DNA of 63,524 nucleotides from a virus (Duplodnaviria; Caudoviricetes): IMG/VR virus record IMGVR_UViG_3300049203_000318, positions 1 to 63,524 of that record; one strand, 5' to 3'. Shown piece by piece: positions 47,536 to 57,268 of this stretch (position 1 is its first letter; each line of letters starts with the position of its first letter). The notes under the pieces were generated by a model. It saw only the letters and a program-made list of their open reading frames with translations, ran no database searches and was not told where the DNA came from. The position numbers and the translations under genes were made by a program.

Positions 47536-48768
47536 ATGAGCACTGCAACGGCTATGAAGATGACCACTGCCACCGCCACCGACAAGATCGAATGCAAGAT
47601 CTGCGGCTCGCTCGAGCACTATATCCCCAAGCACCTGACGCAGGCACACCCTGATGTCAGCCAGGAGGAATATGAGGCGCGCTTCCCCGGCGCCCCGATC
47701 ATGAGCGAGAAGTTCGCACAGGCCGCCAATAAAAAGGTCGCGGAGAACAAGCAGCAGGACGCCGCTGCTCAGCAGATGGTCGCCAAGATCCTGCCGTTCT
47801 CGCAGCCCGGATCGTCGGTGAAGCGTCCGATGCACGAGGTCTTCGAGCTCCCGCTGAGTGACATTCTCCGATCGCCGGCCCGCCGAAATCAGCAGCAGGG
47901 CGAACCCCGCCAGGTTGATGTGCTGGAAAATCTGCCGGCCGAGTTGCAGGAGCTCGTGCCCGACATCGACGCCAGCTATGTCTTCCGTCCTGAAGAGCTC
48001 GTCGATCTCGTGATGGCACTTCAGCTAAATATGCCCTCGCTCGCTTGGGGTATGCACGGCACGGGCAAGACGACGCTGTGGGAACAAATCTGTGCCCGCA
48101 TGAATCGCCCCTGGCTCCGCGTCCAGCACACCGACACGACCGAGGAGGCGCATATCGTAGGGCAGATGCTGGTGCGCGACGGCGCCACCGTCTTCGAATA
48201 TGGGCCGCTGGCCGAGGCGATGATCCACGGTCTGGTCTATTGCGCCGACGAATATGACTTCGCCCATCCGGCGGTCATCGCGGTCTATCAGCCGATCCTG
48301 GAGGGTAAGCCGCTCTACATCAAGGAAGCGCCGGCCGGTCAGCGCATGATCAAGCCGCATCCGAACTTCCGCTTCATCGCAACGGGCAACACCAACGGTT
48401 CGGGCGACGATACCGGCCTCTATTCGGGCACGAAGATCGGTAACGCCGCTGCCTATTCTCGCTTCGGCGTAACCGTTCAGGTCCACTATCCCGAGAAGAA
48501 CACGGAGATCGCCATCCTGCGCCAACGCATTGGCGTGACGCAGGAGGTGGCCGACAAGCTGGTCGACTTCGCCGAGCGGGTGCGCACCATGTATGGAAAT
48601 GGCGAGCTGTCGCTGCCGATCTCTCCGCGCGAGCTGATCCGCGCTGCTACCATCGGCATGGTTCGCGGTGGTGAGTTCCGCAAGGGCATCGATCTGTCCT
48701 ACACCAACCGTCTCGACACCACGCAGGGCGAGGCTGTCCGTCAGACCGCGCAGCGCATCTTCGGCTAA
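47536..48768 (+). CDS. CobS/MoxR-like AAA+ ATPase with N-terminal C2H2 finger
   Basis: GMHGTGKT, ADEYD, HPNFRFIATGN and ISPREL; CKIC...H....H at the N-terminus. Confidence 0.9.
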   Translation: MSTATAMKMTTATATDKIECKICGSLEHYIPKHLTQAHPDVSQEEYEARFPGAPIMSEKFAQAANKKVAENKQQDAAAQQMVAKILPFSQPGSSVKRPMHEVFELPLSDILRSPARRNQQQGEPRQVDVLENLPAELQELVPDIDASYVFRPEELVDLVMALQLNMPSLAWGMHGTGKTTLWEQICARMNRPWLRVQHTDTTEEAHIVGQMLVRDGATVFEYGPLAEAMIHGLVYCADEYDFAHPAVIAVYQPILEGKPLYIKEAPAGQRMIKPHPNFRFIATGNTNGSGDDTGLYSGTKIGNAAAYSRFGVTVQVHYPEKNTEIAILRQRIGVTQEVADKLVDFAERVRTMYGNGELSLPISPRELIRAATIGMVRGGEFRKGIDLSYTNRLDTTQGEAVRQTAQRIFG

Positions 48769-48810
48769 GGGTTCGTTGTCAGGGGCGCTCACCTCTGGCT
48801 TCCTCACCTG

Positions 48811-48840
48811 GAGGGTGGTGTCACAGCCACCCTCATTTTT
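48811..48840 (+). terminator. Rho-independent terminator
   Basis: GAGGGTGG-N8-CCACCCTC-ATTTTT. Confidence 0.75.
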
Positions 48841-48877
48841 CTTGAACTGCTGGGCGAGTTTGTGTATGACAACACAC

Positions 48878-49120
48878 ATGCAGCCATTGGGATGTTTCGG
48901 TTCGTCGCTCGCCTTCGATGGTGAATCAGATGTGTGTGGCCACTGTGTCGCGCAGGCCGAATGCTCGAAGATCGTGGAGGATCGCCGGCCGAACGTGCTG
49001 CGGCTCCTCGATCGCTTTTTAGACGCATCGGGCAAGCCGATGAGCTTTCCATGGATGACGCGCGCGGAAAGGAAAGCCGCTCGCGATGCTATGAACCAAT
49101 CCCTCCCGGAGACAGAATGA
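48878..49120 (+). CDS. Small Cys-rich protein
   Basis: GCFGS...CGHC.....C; ATGA overlap with dnaE. Start uncertain. Confidence 0.55.
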   Translation: MQPLGCFGSSLAFDGESDVCGHCVAQAECSKIVEDRRPNVLRLLDRFLDASGKPMSFPWMTRAERKAARDAMNQSLPETE

Positions 49121-52100
49121 TCCAGCCTCTTCTCAGCGTCCGCACCGACTTCTCCCTGGGGGAGTCGATCCTTGGCATCAAAGACCTGTCTGCTGTTGCG
49201 GACAAGGCTGGCGCGAAAGTGGTTGGCATCTGCGATACGATGTCGATCTCCTCGGTTGTTGAGGCGACAAACGCGCTCAAGAAATCCGACCGCCGATTAC
49301 TGGCCGGCGTTCGCATCCGGGTGATTATGGCCGACGACACTGGTCGCGGTAAGGAGGAGCGCGAAAGCCCGTGCTATCTCAAGCTCTACCCGGTCAACGA
49401 TGACGGAATGCGGAGCATCTACCGTCTGCTGACCCGCGCGTTCGATACCGACCGCTTCTATTTCGTCCCGCGCGTGACATGGGATGACCTTGCGACGCTG
49501 CTCGATCATGATTGTCTGGTCATCAGCACCGGTGACCTAGAGAGCGTCGCTCAGCGCGAGGACATGCTTCAAGCGATGTCTGACCTAGTCGCGCGCGTTC
49601 GCTTCTCAGCGCGCTTCTATGAGCTCGTGCCGAGCGATACGCCATATTACTCGCGACAGAACAGGCGTGTGATCGATTGGGCCACAGCGATCAATGAGAG
49701 CGGCACGATCCACGACTGGCGCCCGCTGGTGGTCAACCCGGCATTCTGGCTAGAGAATGACGTCGAGGCCTTCAGCTGCAACGCGGGTATAGCCGATCGT
49801 CGACCATATCAGGACTATCTGCGGCCGGTTCCGAAATATGAGCCGATGACCGTGCGCGATCTCGCCCATGCGACCGTGAAGGCCAACACTGCCATTCAAA
49901 CGCGCTATGGCACTGGCTTTGGCGGGCAGTTCAAGGAAGGGCTCGAGAACACGGCCAAGCTGGTCGATCTGTGCCAATATTCCTGGGCAAAGCTCGATCC
50001 GTCCCTTCCGGTGCTCGCCGACGATCCAGACGAGGCATTGAAGGATCTCTGCAAGAAAGGCTGGTCCGAGCGCTTCACCACGCCCATCTTCAGCTACATT
50101 CCCGACAAGCAGACGCTGGTGGCCGAATATCTCCCGCGGCTCCAGTTCGAGCTGGATACGCTGAAACGCCTGGGCTTCGCGCCATACTTCCTGCTCGTGT
50201 CCGATCTGGTGCGATGGTCCAAGAGCCAGAACATCTATGTCGGCCCCGGTCGAGGGTCGGTCGGCGGCAGCCTGGTCGCGTATCTTGTCGGCATCACCGA
50301 TGTCGATCCGATCCGCTTCAACCTCCTGTTCGAGCGCTTCATCAACCCCGACCGTCTCGATCTCCCTGACGCCGACCTCGACTTCATGTCCACGCGCCGC
50401 GAGGAGGTGATCGCCTATCTGGCCAAGCGCTACGGTTCCGACCGGGTGGCGGGCATCGTCAACTACAATACCATGGGCGCGCGCGGTGCGATCCGCGACG
50501 TGGCGCGTATCTACGGCCTTTCGCAGGATGATCTGGGCGCCACCAAGTTCATCGGCGATACGCACGGCGTCTCGGCCGGACTGGAAGAAGCGCATGCAAG
50601 CACGCCGGAGATCCAGGAGTTCGCCAGACGCTTCCCTGGGGTCTGGAGCAAGGCACTCAAGCTCGAGGGCAAGATGCGCGCCTATGGCACTCACGCAGGC
50701 GGTGTCGTCGTTGCTGGCGAGCCTTTGGCGAACCGTGCGGTGGTCGAGAAGCGCGGCGATGCCCGTGTCATCAATTGGGATAAGCGCGTCAGCGAGGAAC
50801 AGGGCCTTATCAAGCTCGACGTTCTGGGCCTCTCTACGCTCGATATGTTCGATCATGCCATCAAGTTGATCTTCAGTCGGCGGGCAATGAAGCTCGACAT
50901 CAACAAGCTGCCGCTCGATGACCCTGAAACGCTGGACATCTTCAACGCCGCCAAGACCGCCGGCGTGTTCCAGTTCGAAGGCGGTTCTGTGCGTCGTCTT
51001 CTCAAGGAGATGGCGAAGACCGACAGCTTGACCTTCGAGGATCTTGTGGCGCTGAATGCGCTAAACCGTCCTGGTCCGCTCGACGCCGGCCTGACCGAAG
51101 CCTATATCCGACGCCGCGCCGGGACAGAGGCGGTCACCTACCCCCACGACGTTCTCGAGCCGATCCTCAAGGATACCTACGGCGTCATTTGCTATCAGGA
51201 GCAGGTGATGCAGGTGAGCCGGGATCTGTGCGGCTTTACGCCTGGTGAGGCCGACTATCTCCGAAAGGCGATGGGTAAGAAGGACGCCGACATCATGGCC
51301 AAGATGCGCGACAAGTTCGTGTCTGGCGCCGTGAATGTGTCGGGCATGCCGCAGGCCGATGCCGACCGGCTCTTCACCGATATTGAGGGCTTTGCCGGTT
51401 ACGCCTTCAACCGATCGCACGCCGTCGAATACACGATCATCGCCTATCAGGCCGCCTACCTAAAGGCACACTATCTGGTGGAGTTCTATTCTGCCTCAAT
51501 GGGCATCGCCGACAGCGACAAGCTCTCTGGGATCGTGAAGCAGGCGCTCAAGGATGGCATCAAGGTCATTCCGCCAGACGTGAACGTCTCGACCAACCGC
51601 TTCGAGCCGCTGAACGACGTCCTCATCATCGCACCGCTCTCGGCGATCAAGAATGTGTCCGAGAAAGGTGCCGCGGCAATCATGGAGGCTCGGTCCAAAA
51701 CCGAACCGACAGAGGTGGAGGAGAAGGTCAAGGTTCCAGGCCAGCGTCGGCTCCAGGTCGTTCAGAAGACCTATGGTCCCGGCCGCTTCGTCAGCATGGA
51801 GGACTTCAGGGCGCGAGTGTCAGCGCGCGCCGTCAACTCGAAGGCAATAGATCACCTCAACAGGGTGGGCGCATTCGCGAGGATCGAGCCAGGACAACCG
51901 AAGTCCACGCACCCATCCCGTCAGCGCGACCAGATCGAACTGATGCCCGAGATCAGCGATCAGGGCGTCGTGGCCAATCGGGCAATTGAGTTTGATGATC
52001 TGGTGGCCGATAAGGTGATCGAGATCGAGGGAGAAATGCGCGAGGTGCTGGGCGACGGCATCGTGCCGTGCCACCTGGGCTCAGCTCCCAAGATGATGGT

Positions 52101-52539
52101 CATTCTCGATGCGCCGTTCAACGATCGCGAAGAGCTCAGGCAGCAATGGTCCTACATGAACTATGTGGCGCCGAGCCTGCATGAAGCCGGCCTGACGATC
52201 GATGACGCCGTCTGGACCTGGATCTTGCGCCGACCCCTGCGCAAGGGCGAGGATATGCCTTCCGCTGAAGCCGCCCGGTCACTGCTGTTTCTCCGCAAGG
52301 AGATCGACATCATGAAGCCGCCGGTGATCGTCTTGCTCGGGCCGCAGGCCATCAAGACATTCTTCCCGGAGATAAAGGGGCTGGCGGATCATGTCGGCCG
52401 CAAGAGCTTCTCCGCGGAACTCGACGCCACCGTGATCGTCGGATTCAAGCCCACGCAGATCTATCATGACGCTGAAAAGCGCGAGACGCTCACGAAAGTT
52501 TTCTCCGAAGCGAAAGCATTGGTCGACGAATCTTATTGA
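49117..52539 (+). CDS. dnaE: DNA polymerase III alpha (DnaE) with C-terminal UDG-like domain
   Basis: GPGRGSVGGSL, FERFINPDR..PDAD.DF, HAGG, KLDVLGL, YQEQVM and YAFNRSH motifs. Confidence 0.95.
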   Translation: MIQPLLSVRTDFSLGESILGIKDLSAVADKAGAKVVGICDTMSISSVVEATNALKKSDRRLLAGVRIRVIMADDTGRGKEERESPCYLKLYPVNDDGMRSIYRLLTRAFDTDRFYFVPRVTWDDLATLLDHDCLVISTGDLESVAQREDMLQAMSDLVARVRFSARFYELVPSDTPYYSRQNRRVIDWATAINESGTIHDWRPLVVNPAFWLENDVEAFSCNAGIADRRPYQDYLRPVPKYEPMTVRDLAHATVKANTAIQTRYGTGFGGQFKEGLENTAKLVDLCQYSWAKLDPSLPVLADDPDEALKDLCKKGWSERFTTPIFSYIPDKQTLVAEYLPRLQFELDTLKRLGFAPYFLLVSDLVRWSKSQNIYVGPGRGSVGGSLVAYLVGITDVDPIRFNLLFERFINPDRLDLPDADLDFMSTRREEVIAYLAKRYGSDRVAGIVNYNTMGARGAIRDVARIYGLSQDDLGATKFIGDTHGVSAGLEEAHASTPEIQEFARRFPGVWSKALKLEGKMRAYGTHAGGVVVAGEPLANRAVVEKRGDARVINWDKRVSEEQGLIKLDVLGLSTLDMFDHAIKLIFSRRAMKLDINKLPLDDPETLDIFNAAKTAGVFQFEGGSVRRLLKEMAKTDSLTFEDLVALNALNRPGPLDAGLTEAYIRRRAGTEAVTYPHDVLEPILKDTYGVICYQEQVMQVSRDLCGFTPGEADYLRKAMGKKDADIMAKMRDKFVSGAVNVSGMPQADADRLFTDIEGFAGYAFNRSHAVEYTIIAYQAAYLKAHYLVEFYSASMGIADSDKLSGIVKQALKDGIKVIPPDVNVSTNRFEPLNDVLIIAPLSAIKNVSEKGAAAIMEARSKTEPTEVEEKVKVPGQRRLQVVQKTYGPGRFVSMEDFRARVSARAVNSKAIDHLNRVGAFARIEPGQPKSTHPSRQRDQIELMPEISDQGVVANRAIEFDDLVADKVIEIEGEMREVLGDGIVPCHLGSAPKMMVILDAPFNDREELRQQWSYMNYVAPSLHEAGLTIDDAVWTWILRRPLRKGEDMPSAEAARSLLFLRKEIDIMKPPVIVLLGPQAIKTFFPEIKGLADHVGRKSFSAELDATVIVGFKPTQIYHDAEKRETLTKVFSEAKALVDESY

Positions 52540-52585
52540 CGTTTACAGAGTGTGCGTTACAACACACAAACATAGAGGGATACCG

Positions 52586-53137
52586 ATGCAGCTTCAGGAA
52601 TTTATCGACGTCGCCAAGTTCACCGAAGAGGTGAACGAAAACTTGGAAGACATTACCGAGGCCATGCGGACGCAGACTGCCCGCGCCGCTTGGTATGGGA
52701 TTTGCCACTCCAAGGCGAAGAAGCAGAAGAACAAGGTCGAGCTCTTGGTCAAGGCTGTCGATGCCAAGCTGACCACGAAGCACCGCAAGATCCTCCAGGA
52801 TGAAGCCGTGAAAGTGGCTGAAGAAGAAGGCTCCAAACCTGAGCGGATCACCGTCGATATGGTGAAGGCTGCCGTGGCGCTCGATCCACAGATGCTGAAC
52901 CTCCAGAAAATTCAACTGGAGGCGGATGAGATCGAAAGCATCTGTCGCGTCGCGATGGACGCCTTCCGCACGCGGAGTTCCATGATCGTCTCGCTGGGCA
53001 ACCTGGCGCGAGATCAGCTCAAGACCAACGTCCAGATCCAGTCCGCGCGCCAAGCCGTATCCGGCTACGATCAGCGCCGACAGGCTCGAGGCAACGCTGC
53101 GCGCCCCGCGGCGCGAGGAGGTGAAGCCCCCGAATAA
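52586..53137 (+). CDS. Putative recombination mediator (UvsY-like)
   Basis: Helical protein with ITVDMVKAAV..D and DAFRTR patterns; sits before the SSB and RecA genes. Confidence 0.5.
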   Translation: MQLQEFIDVAKFTEEVNENLEDITEAMRTQTARAAWYGICHSKAKKQKNKVELLVKAVDAKLTTKHRKILQDEAVKVAEEEGSKPERITVDMVKAAVALDPQMLNLQKIQLEADEIESICRVAMDAFRTRSSMIVSLGNLARDQLKTNVQIQSARQAVSGYDQRRQARGNAARPAARGGEAPE

Positions 53138-53229
53138 GCCAACGGGAAGCCACGCGACAAGTGCGTCTTGAGCGCGTTATAAACAACACACACACGAATC
53201 GATTAAGAGCAACACAGGAGTTTTTGAGT

Positions 53230-54264
53230 ATGTTGACTGCCCGTGAGCGCATCCAACAGCAGCGCCAGAAGATCGCCGCCAACCGCAGCAAGGGGCTGAA
53301 GCCCTACAAGTGGAAGGGTGGCACCACCAGCTTCCGCATTCTGCCGGCGCTCGACACCGCCGCCACCCCGACCAATTCGGGCGCCTTCTCCCGTCGTTAT
53401 GGTAAGACCTACCTGAAGTCCTTCGACGGCCAGAATTTCTTCGGCATCGGCGACCGCGACATCACCTATGGCGAAAGCGATCCGATCAAGGAGCTGATCT
53501 TCGACGCCATGCGTCAGGCTCCCGACCCGGAAACCCGCGATCACTATCGCAAGATGCTTTCCTCGCCGCGCGAGATTTTCTGCGCCCTCATCCTCGACGA
53601 CAAGGATCAGTCGCCGACCGAACCCGTGCTGATCGAGGTCAGCGAAGGCGCGTTCGACGGCATTCTGTCGCAGTTCGAGGCGTGGACGGACGAAGATCCC
53701 GACTATGACATCGCCAGCCTGTCGAACGGCCACGTCTTCAAGTGCGAGAAGACCGGCACCGGTATGGACACCAAATATACCTTCACGGTGACCCCGAAGA
53801 AGGCGCCGCTCGATGCCAAAATCCTTGAGAAGGCGATCGACCTGGATGCGTGGATCGCGTCGCAGTTCGAGGGCCTGGAACAGAAGGCGCTGGAATTCCT
53901 CGGCCGTCTGAACGGTGCGGCTGGCATCCCCATGTCTGCCAATCTGCTGAGCGCAGCCTCGCAGCCGCGCATCGCTTCGAGCAACACCGTCGGTTCGGCT
54001 CAGTCCGCTGGTGCCACATCGAATTCTTCGATATCGCCCGCAGCAGTGACGGAGATCCTAGACGACATCGATGATGAGGTGCCATTCCTCGAGCCGGTCG
54101 AGGCGGACATCGAGGACGCAGTGGTCGAGGCTGTTGTCGAAGAGCCGACCCCGGTCGCTGAGCCGGAACCGGTTGCCGCCCCCGAGCCTGAGCCGGTCGC
54201 TTCGCCTGTTACCGCGCCGGCGGCGTCGGACGAGATCGACGACATTCTGGCAAGCCTGCAATAA
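53230..54264 (+). CDS. Single-stranded DNA-binding protein (gp32-like)
   Basis: FRILP and KTGTGMDTKY; acidic tail DEIDDILASL. Confidence 0.75.
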   Translation: MLTARERIQQQRQKIAANRSKGLKPYKWKGGTTSFRILPALDTAATPTNSGAFSRRYGKTYLKSFDGQNFFGIGDRDITYGESDPIKELIFDAMRQAPDPETRDHYRKMLSSPREIFCALILDDKDQSPTEPVLIEVSEGAFDGILSQFEAWTDEDPDYDIASLSNGHVFKCEKTGTGMDTKYTFTVTPKKAPLDAKILEKAIDLDAWIASQFEGLEQKALEFLGRLNGAAGIPMSANLLSAASQPRIASSNTVGSAQSAGATSNSSISPAAVTEILDDIDDEVPFLEPVEADIEDAVVEAVVEEPTPVAEPEPVAAPEPEPVASPVTAPAASDEIDDILASLQ

Positions 54265-54280
54265 GAAGGTGCTTCGGTCC

Positions 54281-54871
54281 ATGATCGAAGTGAGCGGCAA
54301 GTCCGCTGTTGAAGGTGGAGGGGCAGTCGCCCCTCCACAATCAGCCGAGATTTGGTTGCCGGTCGTTGGGTGGGAAGGCTACTATGAAGTGTCTAACCAA
54401 GGTCGCGTCCGCAACCTGGCTCGAGAAGGCCTTCGTGGTCGCGCGGCTATTCATCACCGTATCCTAAAGAACACCATACAAACGCCACAGGCTGGTGGGT
54501 ATGCGGTGGTCGATTTGAAGGCTGGAAAACGGCGAAGGAACGCCAAGGTTCACATTCTTGTGCTCGAGGCTTTCATCGGCCCGCGTCCGAAAGGGATGAA
54601 GGGCTGCCACCGCAACAATGACCGCACGGATGCTCGTCTCTCGAATCTCCGCTGGGGCACTAATTCGAGCAATCAGCTGGATAGACGGGAGCACGGAACA
54701 TCTAATCAAGGATCGAGATCAGCTTCCGCCAGACTGACTGAAAAGGATGTTCGCAACATACGACAGGAATGTCTTGTTCGAACGCAGGCGTCAGTTGCTG
54801 AACAATACGACGTCTCTCCCGGAACGGTGAGCGACATTGTTAGACGAAAGACATGGGCTCATCTATCATGA
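54281..54871 (+). CDS. NUMOD4-HNH homing endonuclease
   Basis: EIWLPVVGWEGYYEVSNQGRVR, VHILVLEAF and CHRNN...NLRWGT; C-terminal HTH. Confidence 0.92.
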   Translation: MIEVSGKSAVEGGGAVAPPQSAEIWLPVVGWEGYYEVSNQGRVRNLAREGLRGRAAIHHRILKNTIQTPQAGGYAVVDLKAGKRRRNAKVHILVLEAFIGPRPKGMKGCHRNNDRTDARLSNLRWGTNSSNQLDRREHGTSNQGSRSASARLTEKDVRNIRQECLVRTQASVAEQYDVSPGTVSDIVRRKTWAHLS

Positions 54872-55824
54872 GACGGCTATATATTGATGCCAATTCAATC
54901 GGTCATGCGGCACAGCATGGAAATGCCCGATCCGGCAAGCTCTATGCCGGTGACCGTGAGACGACGGCGATTTTTGGTATGCTGAGATCAGCCAACAAGC
55001 TGCTTCGGACGCGGCTTTCGTCAACCCCTATCTGGCTGTGGGACGGTCGCTCTCATCGCTTTGAGGAGCATCCTGATTACAAGGGGAACCGTTCCGATAC
55101 CGCCGACAAGGTAAAGGCGAAGGAAGAATATAAGTCTCAGCGTCGAGATATGTTTCGCGGGCTTCACCTTCTCGGACAGTCTCAGCTGGTGGCAGCCAAC
55201 ATGGAAGCTGATGATATGGCAGCCATATTGACCCGCAAGGCGCTTGCTGCCGGCGATACAGTGACACTGATCACCGCTGACCGTGACTGGTTGCAGCTGG
55301 TGGAACATGGCGTTGCTTGGTTCGACCCGCGCACCGAAAAGAAATGCAATGTCTCCAACTTCGAGAAGTTCACCGGCTACCGCACGCAAAAGGCCTTCAT
55401 TCATTCGAAGGCGCTTCAGGGCGATGCTGGCGATAACATCAAGCCCAAGACGGGCGTCGGTGAGAAGGGCGCTCTCGATCTTCTTGCCGCCTTCGATGAC
55501 GTCCATGAGTTCCTGCGCACCCCGCTCGACCAGGCGCTCAACCGGTTCGTGGCGCATCACGTCGAGAAGCCCAAGACGTGGGCCGGTCTCGCCAAATTTC
55601 ACGGCAATCAGGAGGCTCATGAACGCTTCGAGTTCGCCCTCAAGATGATGGATCTGGGGCATCCCGAGATCCCCGCGCCCAAGAACATTCGCGGCACAAA
55701 GGCCAAGGTCGATCGGGACGGCTTTGTGAAGTTTTGTTCCGAATTTGGGTTCGCGTCGATTCTCAAGGACGTCGACGCCTTCCTCTCGCCATTCATTCAG
55801 CTTGAACAGGAGTTTTCCAACTAA
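54868..55824 (+). CDS. 5'-3' exonuclease / RNase H (FEN family)
   Basis: IDANS, WDG, YKGNR, EADD, DRDWLQL, GDAGDNI and GVGEK motifs. Confidence 0.92.
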   Translation: MRRLYIDANSIGHAAQHGNARSGKLYAGDRETTAIFGMLRSANKLLRTRLSSTPIWLWDGRSHRFEEHPDYKGNRSDTADKVKAKEEYKSQRRDMFRGLHLLGQSQLVAANMEADDMAAILTRKALAAGDTVTLITADRDWLQLVEHGVAWFDPRTEKKCNVSNFEKFTGYRTQKAFIHSKALQGDAGDNIKPKTGVGEKGALDLLAAFDDVHEFLRTPLDQALNRFVAHHVEKPKTWAGLAKFHGNQEAHERFEFALKMMDLGHPEIPAPKNIRGTKAKVDRDGFVKFCSEFGFASILKDVDAFLSPFIQLEQEFSN

Positions 55825-56858
55825 TGAGTATCGCAAACGCACTCGCCGCCGCGCTGACGAAGGGCGGCGTGAAGTCCGACGAGGCCAGGGACGACGGGCT
55901 TTTCCTGTCGACCGGTGTGCCCAATCTCGATTACGCCCTCTCGGGTAAGTATCGCGGCGGCGGCATAAAGACCGGCCGCATCGTCGAGATTGCCGGCCCT
56001 CCATCCGCGGGCAAGACGCAGCTGGCAACGGCAGTCATGGCGCAAGCTCAGAAAGCTGGTGGCGCCGCCGGTTTCAAGGATCATGAAGGCTCGTTCATGC
56101 TCGACCTTGCGAAGGGTCTGGGTCTGGACGACACGCCCGGTATCTGGAACTATAAGCGCCCGCGCAGCTTCGAGCAGTCGCTGGATCAGGCGATCGACTG
56201 GATGGAAACCATTCGCAAGGCTGACGTCATTCCCTTCGAAGCGCCGCTCGTCATGGTATTCGACTCCTTCGCGGGCATGGTGCCGGCCGCCAAGCTCAAC
56301 CGCGACAAGAAGGAGGGTGAGGGCCAGAACATGAAGGACAATCTGGCCTTGGCGATGGCCGCCAGCCAGGAACTCCCGGCGTTCAACCAGTTTGTCACCG
56401 AAAACAATGTGCTGGCGATCTTCCTCAATCAGCTGCGCATGAAGCCTGGCGTTGCATATGGCGATCCCCGCTATACGGTTGGCGGTGAGGCCCTGCCTTA
56501 CTATGCCTCGCTGCGGCTTTTCCTGGGTCGTGAGATGGAGCGGGACAAGAAGACCAAGGAGGTCGTCGCTCAGAAGATCAAGGCCGAGGCGATCAAGAAC
56601 AAGACCTACCGGCCGTTCCAGAAGACCAGCTGGGAATTCAAGTGGCGGGCAGATGGCACCGGCTACATCGACGTGATGGACTCCATGGTCGATCATATTG
56701 GCGCGGCCCATCTGACCGATCTCGGTATTCAGGGCGGTGCCTGGTTCACCTGGGAGGGTAAGCGCCTTCAGGGCAGGGATAATTTCATCGCGCACCTGCA
56801 TGAAGATCCAGAGAACCTCGATCGCCTGATCGACATCGCGGAGGCAATGCCGGCATGA
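55824..56858 (+). CDS. recA: RecA/UvsX recombinase
   Basis: STG..LD.AL, GRIVEIAGPPSAGKT, FDS, NQLR and GG.AL.YYASLR motifs. Confidence 0.92.
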   Translation: MSIANALAAALTKGGVKSDEARDDGLFLSTGVPNLDYALSGKYRGGGIKTGRIVEIAGPPSAGKTQLATAVMAQAQKAGGAAGFKDHEGSFMLDLAKGLGLDDTPGIWNYKRPRSFEQSLDQAIDWMETIRKADVIPFEAPLVMVFDSFAGMVPAAKLNRDKKEGEGQNMKDNLALAMAASQELPAFNQFVTENNVLAIFLNQLRMKPGVAYGDPRYTVGGEALPYYASLRLFLGREMERDKKTKEVVAQKIKAEAIKNKTYRPFQKTSWEFKWRADGTGYIDVMDSMVDHIGAAHLTDLGIQGGAWFTWEGKRLQGRDNFIAHLHEDPENLDRLIDIAEAMPA

Positions 56859-57268
56859 AGATCTGGGAATGCAAGATCGGGGAGGTGGATGCTGCAAAGC
56901 TCCCCTCTGGCGCCGACCTTCCGATGCGTCAGGCTGTTTCTGACGCCTATTTCAATATCACCGGCGAACGTCCTGAGTTCATCTTCTCGGGGTGGGGCGG
57001 TGAACTTGACGAAGTCGAGCGCCATGTGGTCGACAACAAGCAGGTTCATCCTGCAACCGAGCAGGCGCCGGTGGATGCGGTTCTGAAGGAGGCGAGCATT
57101 CATGACATGGGGCGCGGACCCATTGCCTTCGGGAAGGTTTACGCTGACCGGAAGGGTCGTTTCAAGAACGGAGAGTCCATTCGCACGAGCCTCATCATCT
57201 CTGGCCCTGATGCCAATGGCGTCATTCGCACACGCAATAGCGTCTATCAGCTGGAGATGGCAGCATGA
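56855..57268 (+). CDS. Hypothetical protein
   Basis: Coupled ORF; C-terminal GRF.NG..IRTS...TRNS.Y phage domain. Confidence 0.6.
   Translation: MKIWECKIGEVDAAKLPSGADLPMRQAVSDAYFNITGERPEFIFSGWGGELDEVERHVVDNKQVHPATEQAPVDAVLKEASIHDMGRGPIAFGKVYADRKGRFKNGESIRTSLIISGPDANGVIRTRNSVYQLEMAA

Noticed and set aside
44773-48768. Cobalamin cobaltochelatase function for the CobS/CobT-like genes
   Set aside because: No CobN or other cob genes are present; phage CobST-like pairs are generally treated as AAA+/vWA chaperones.
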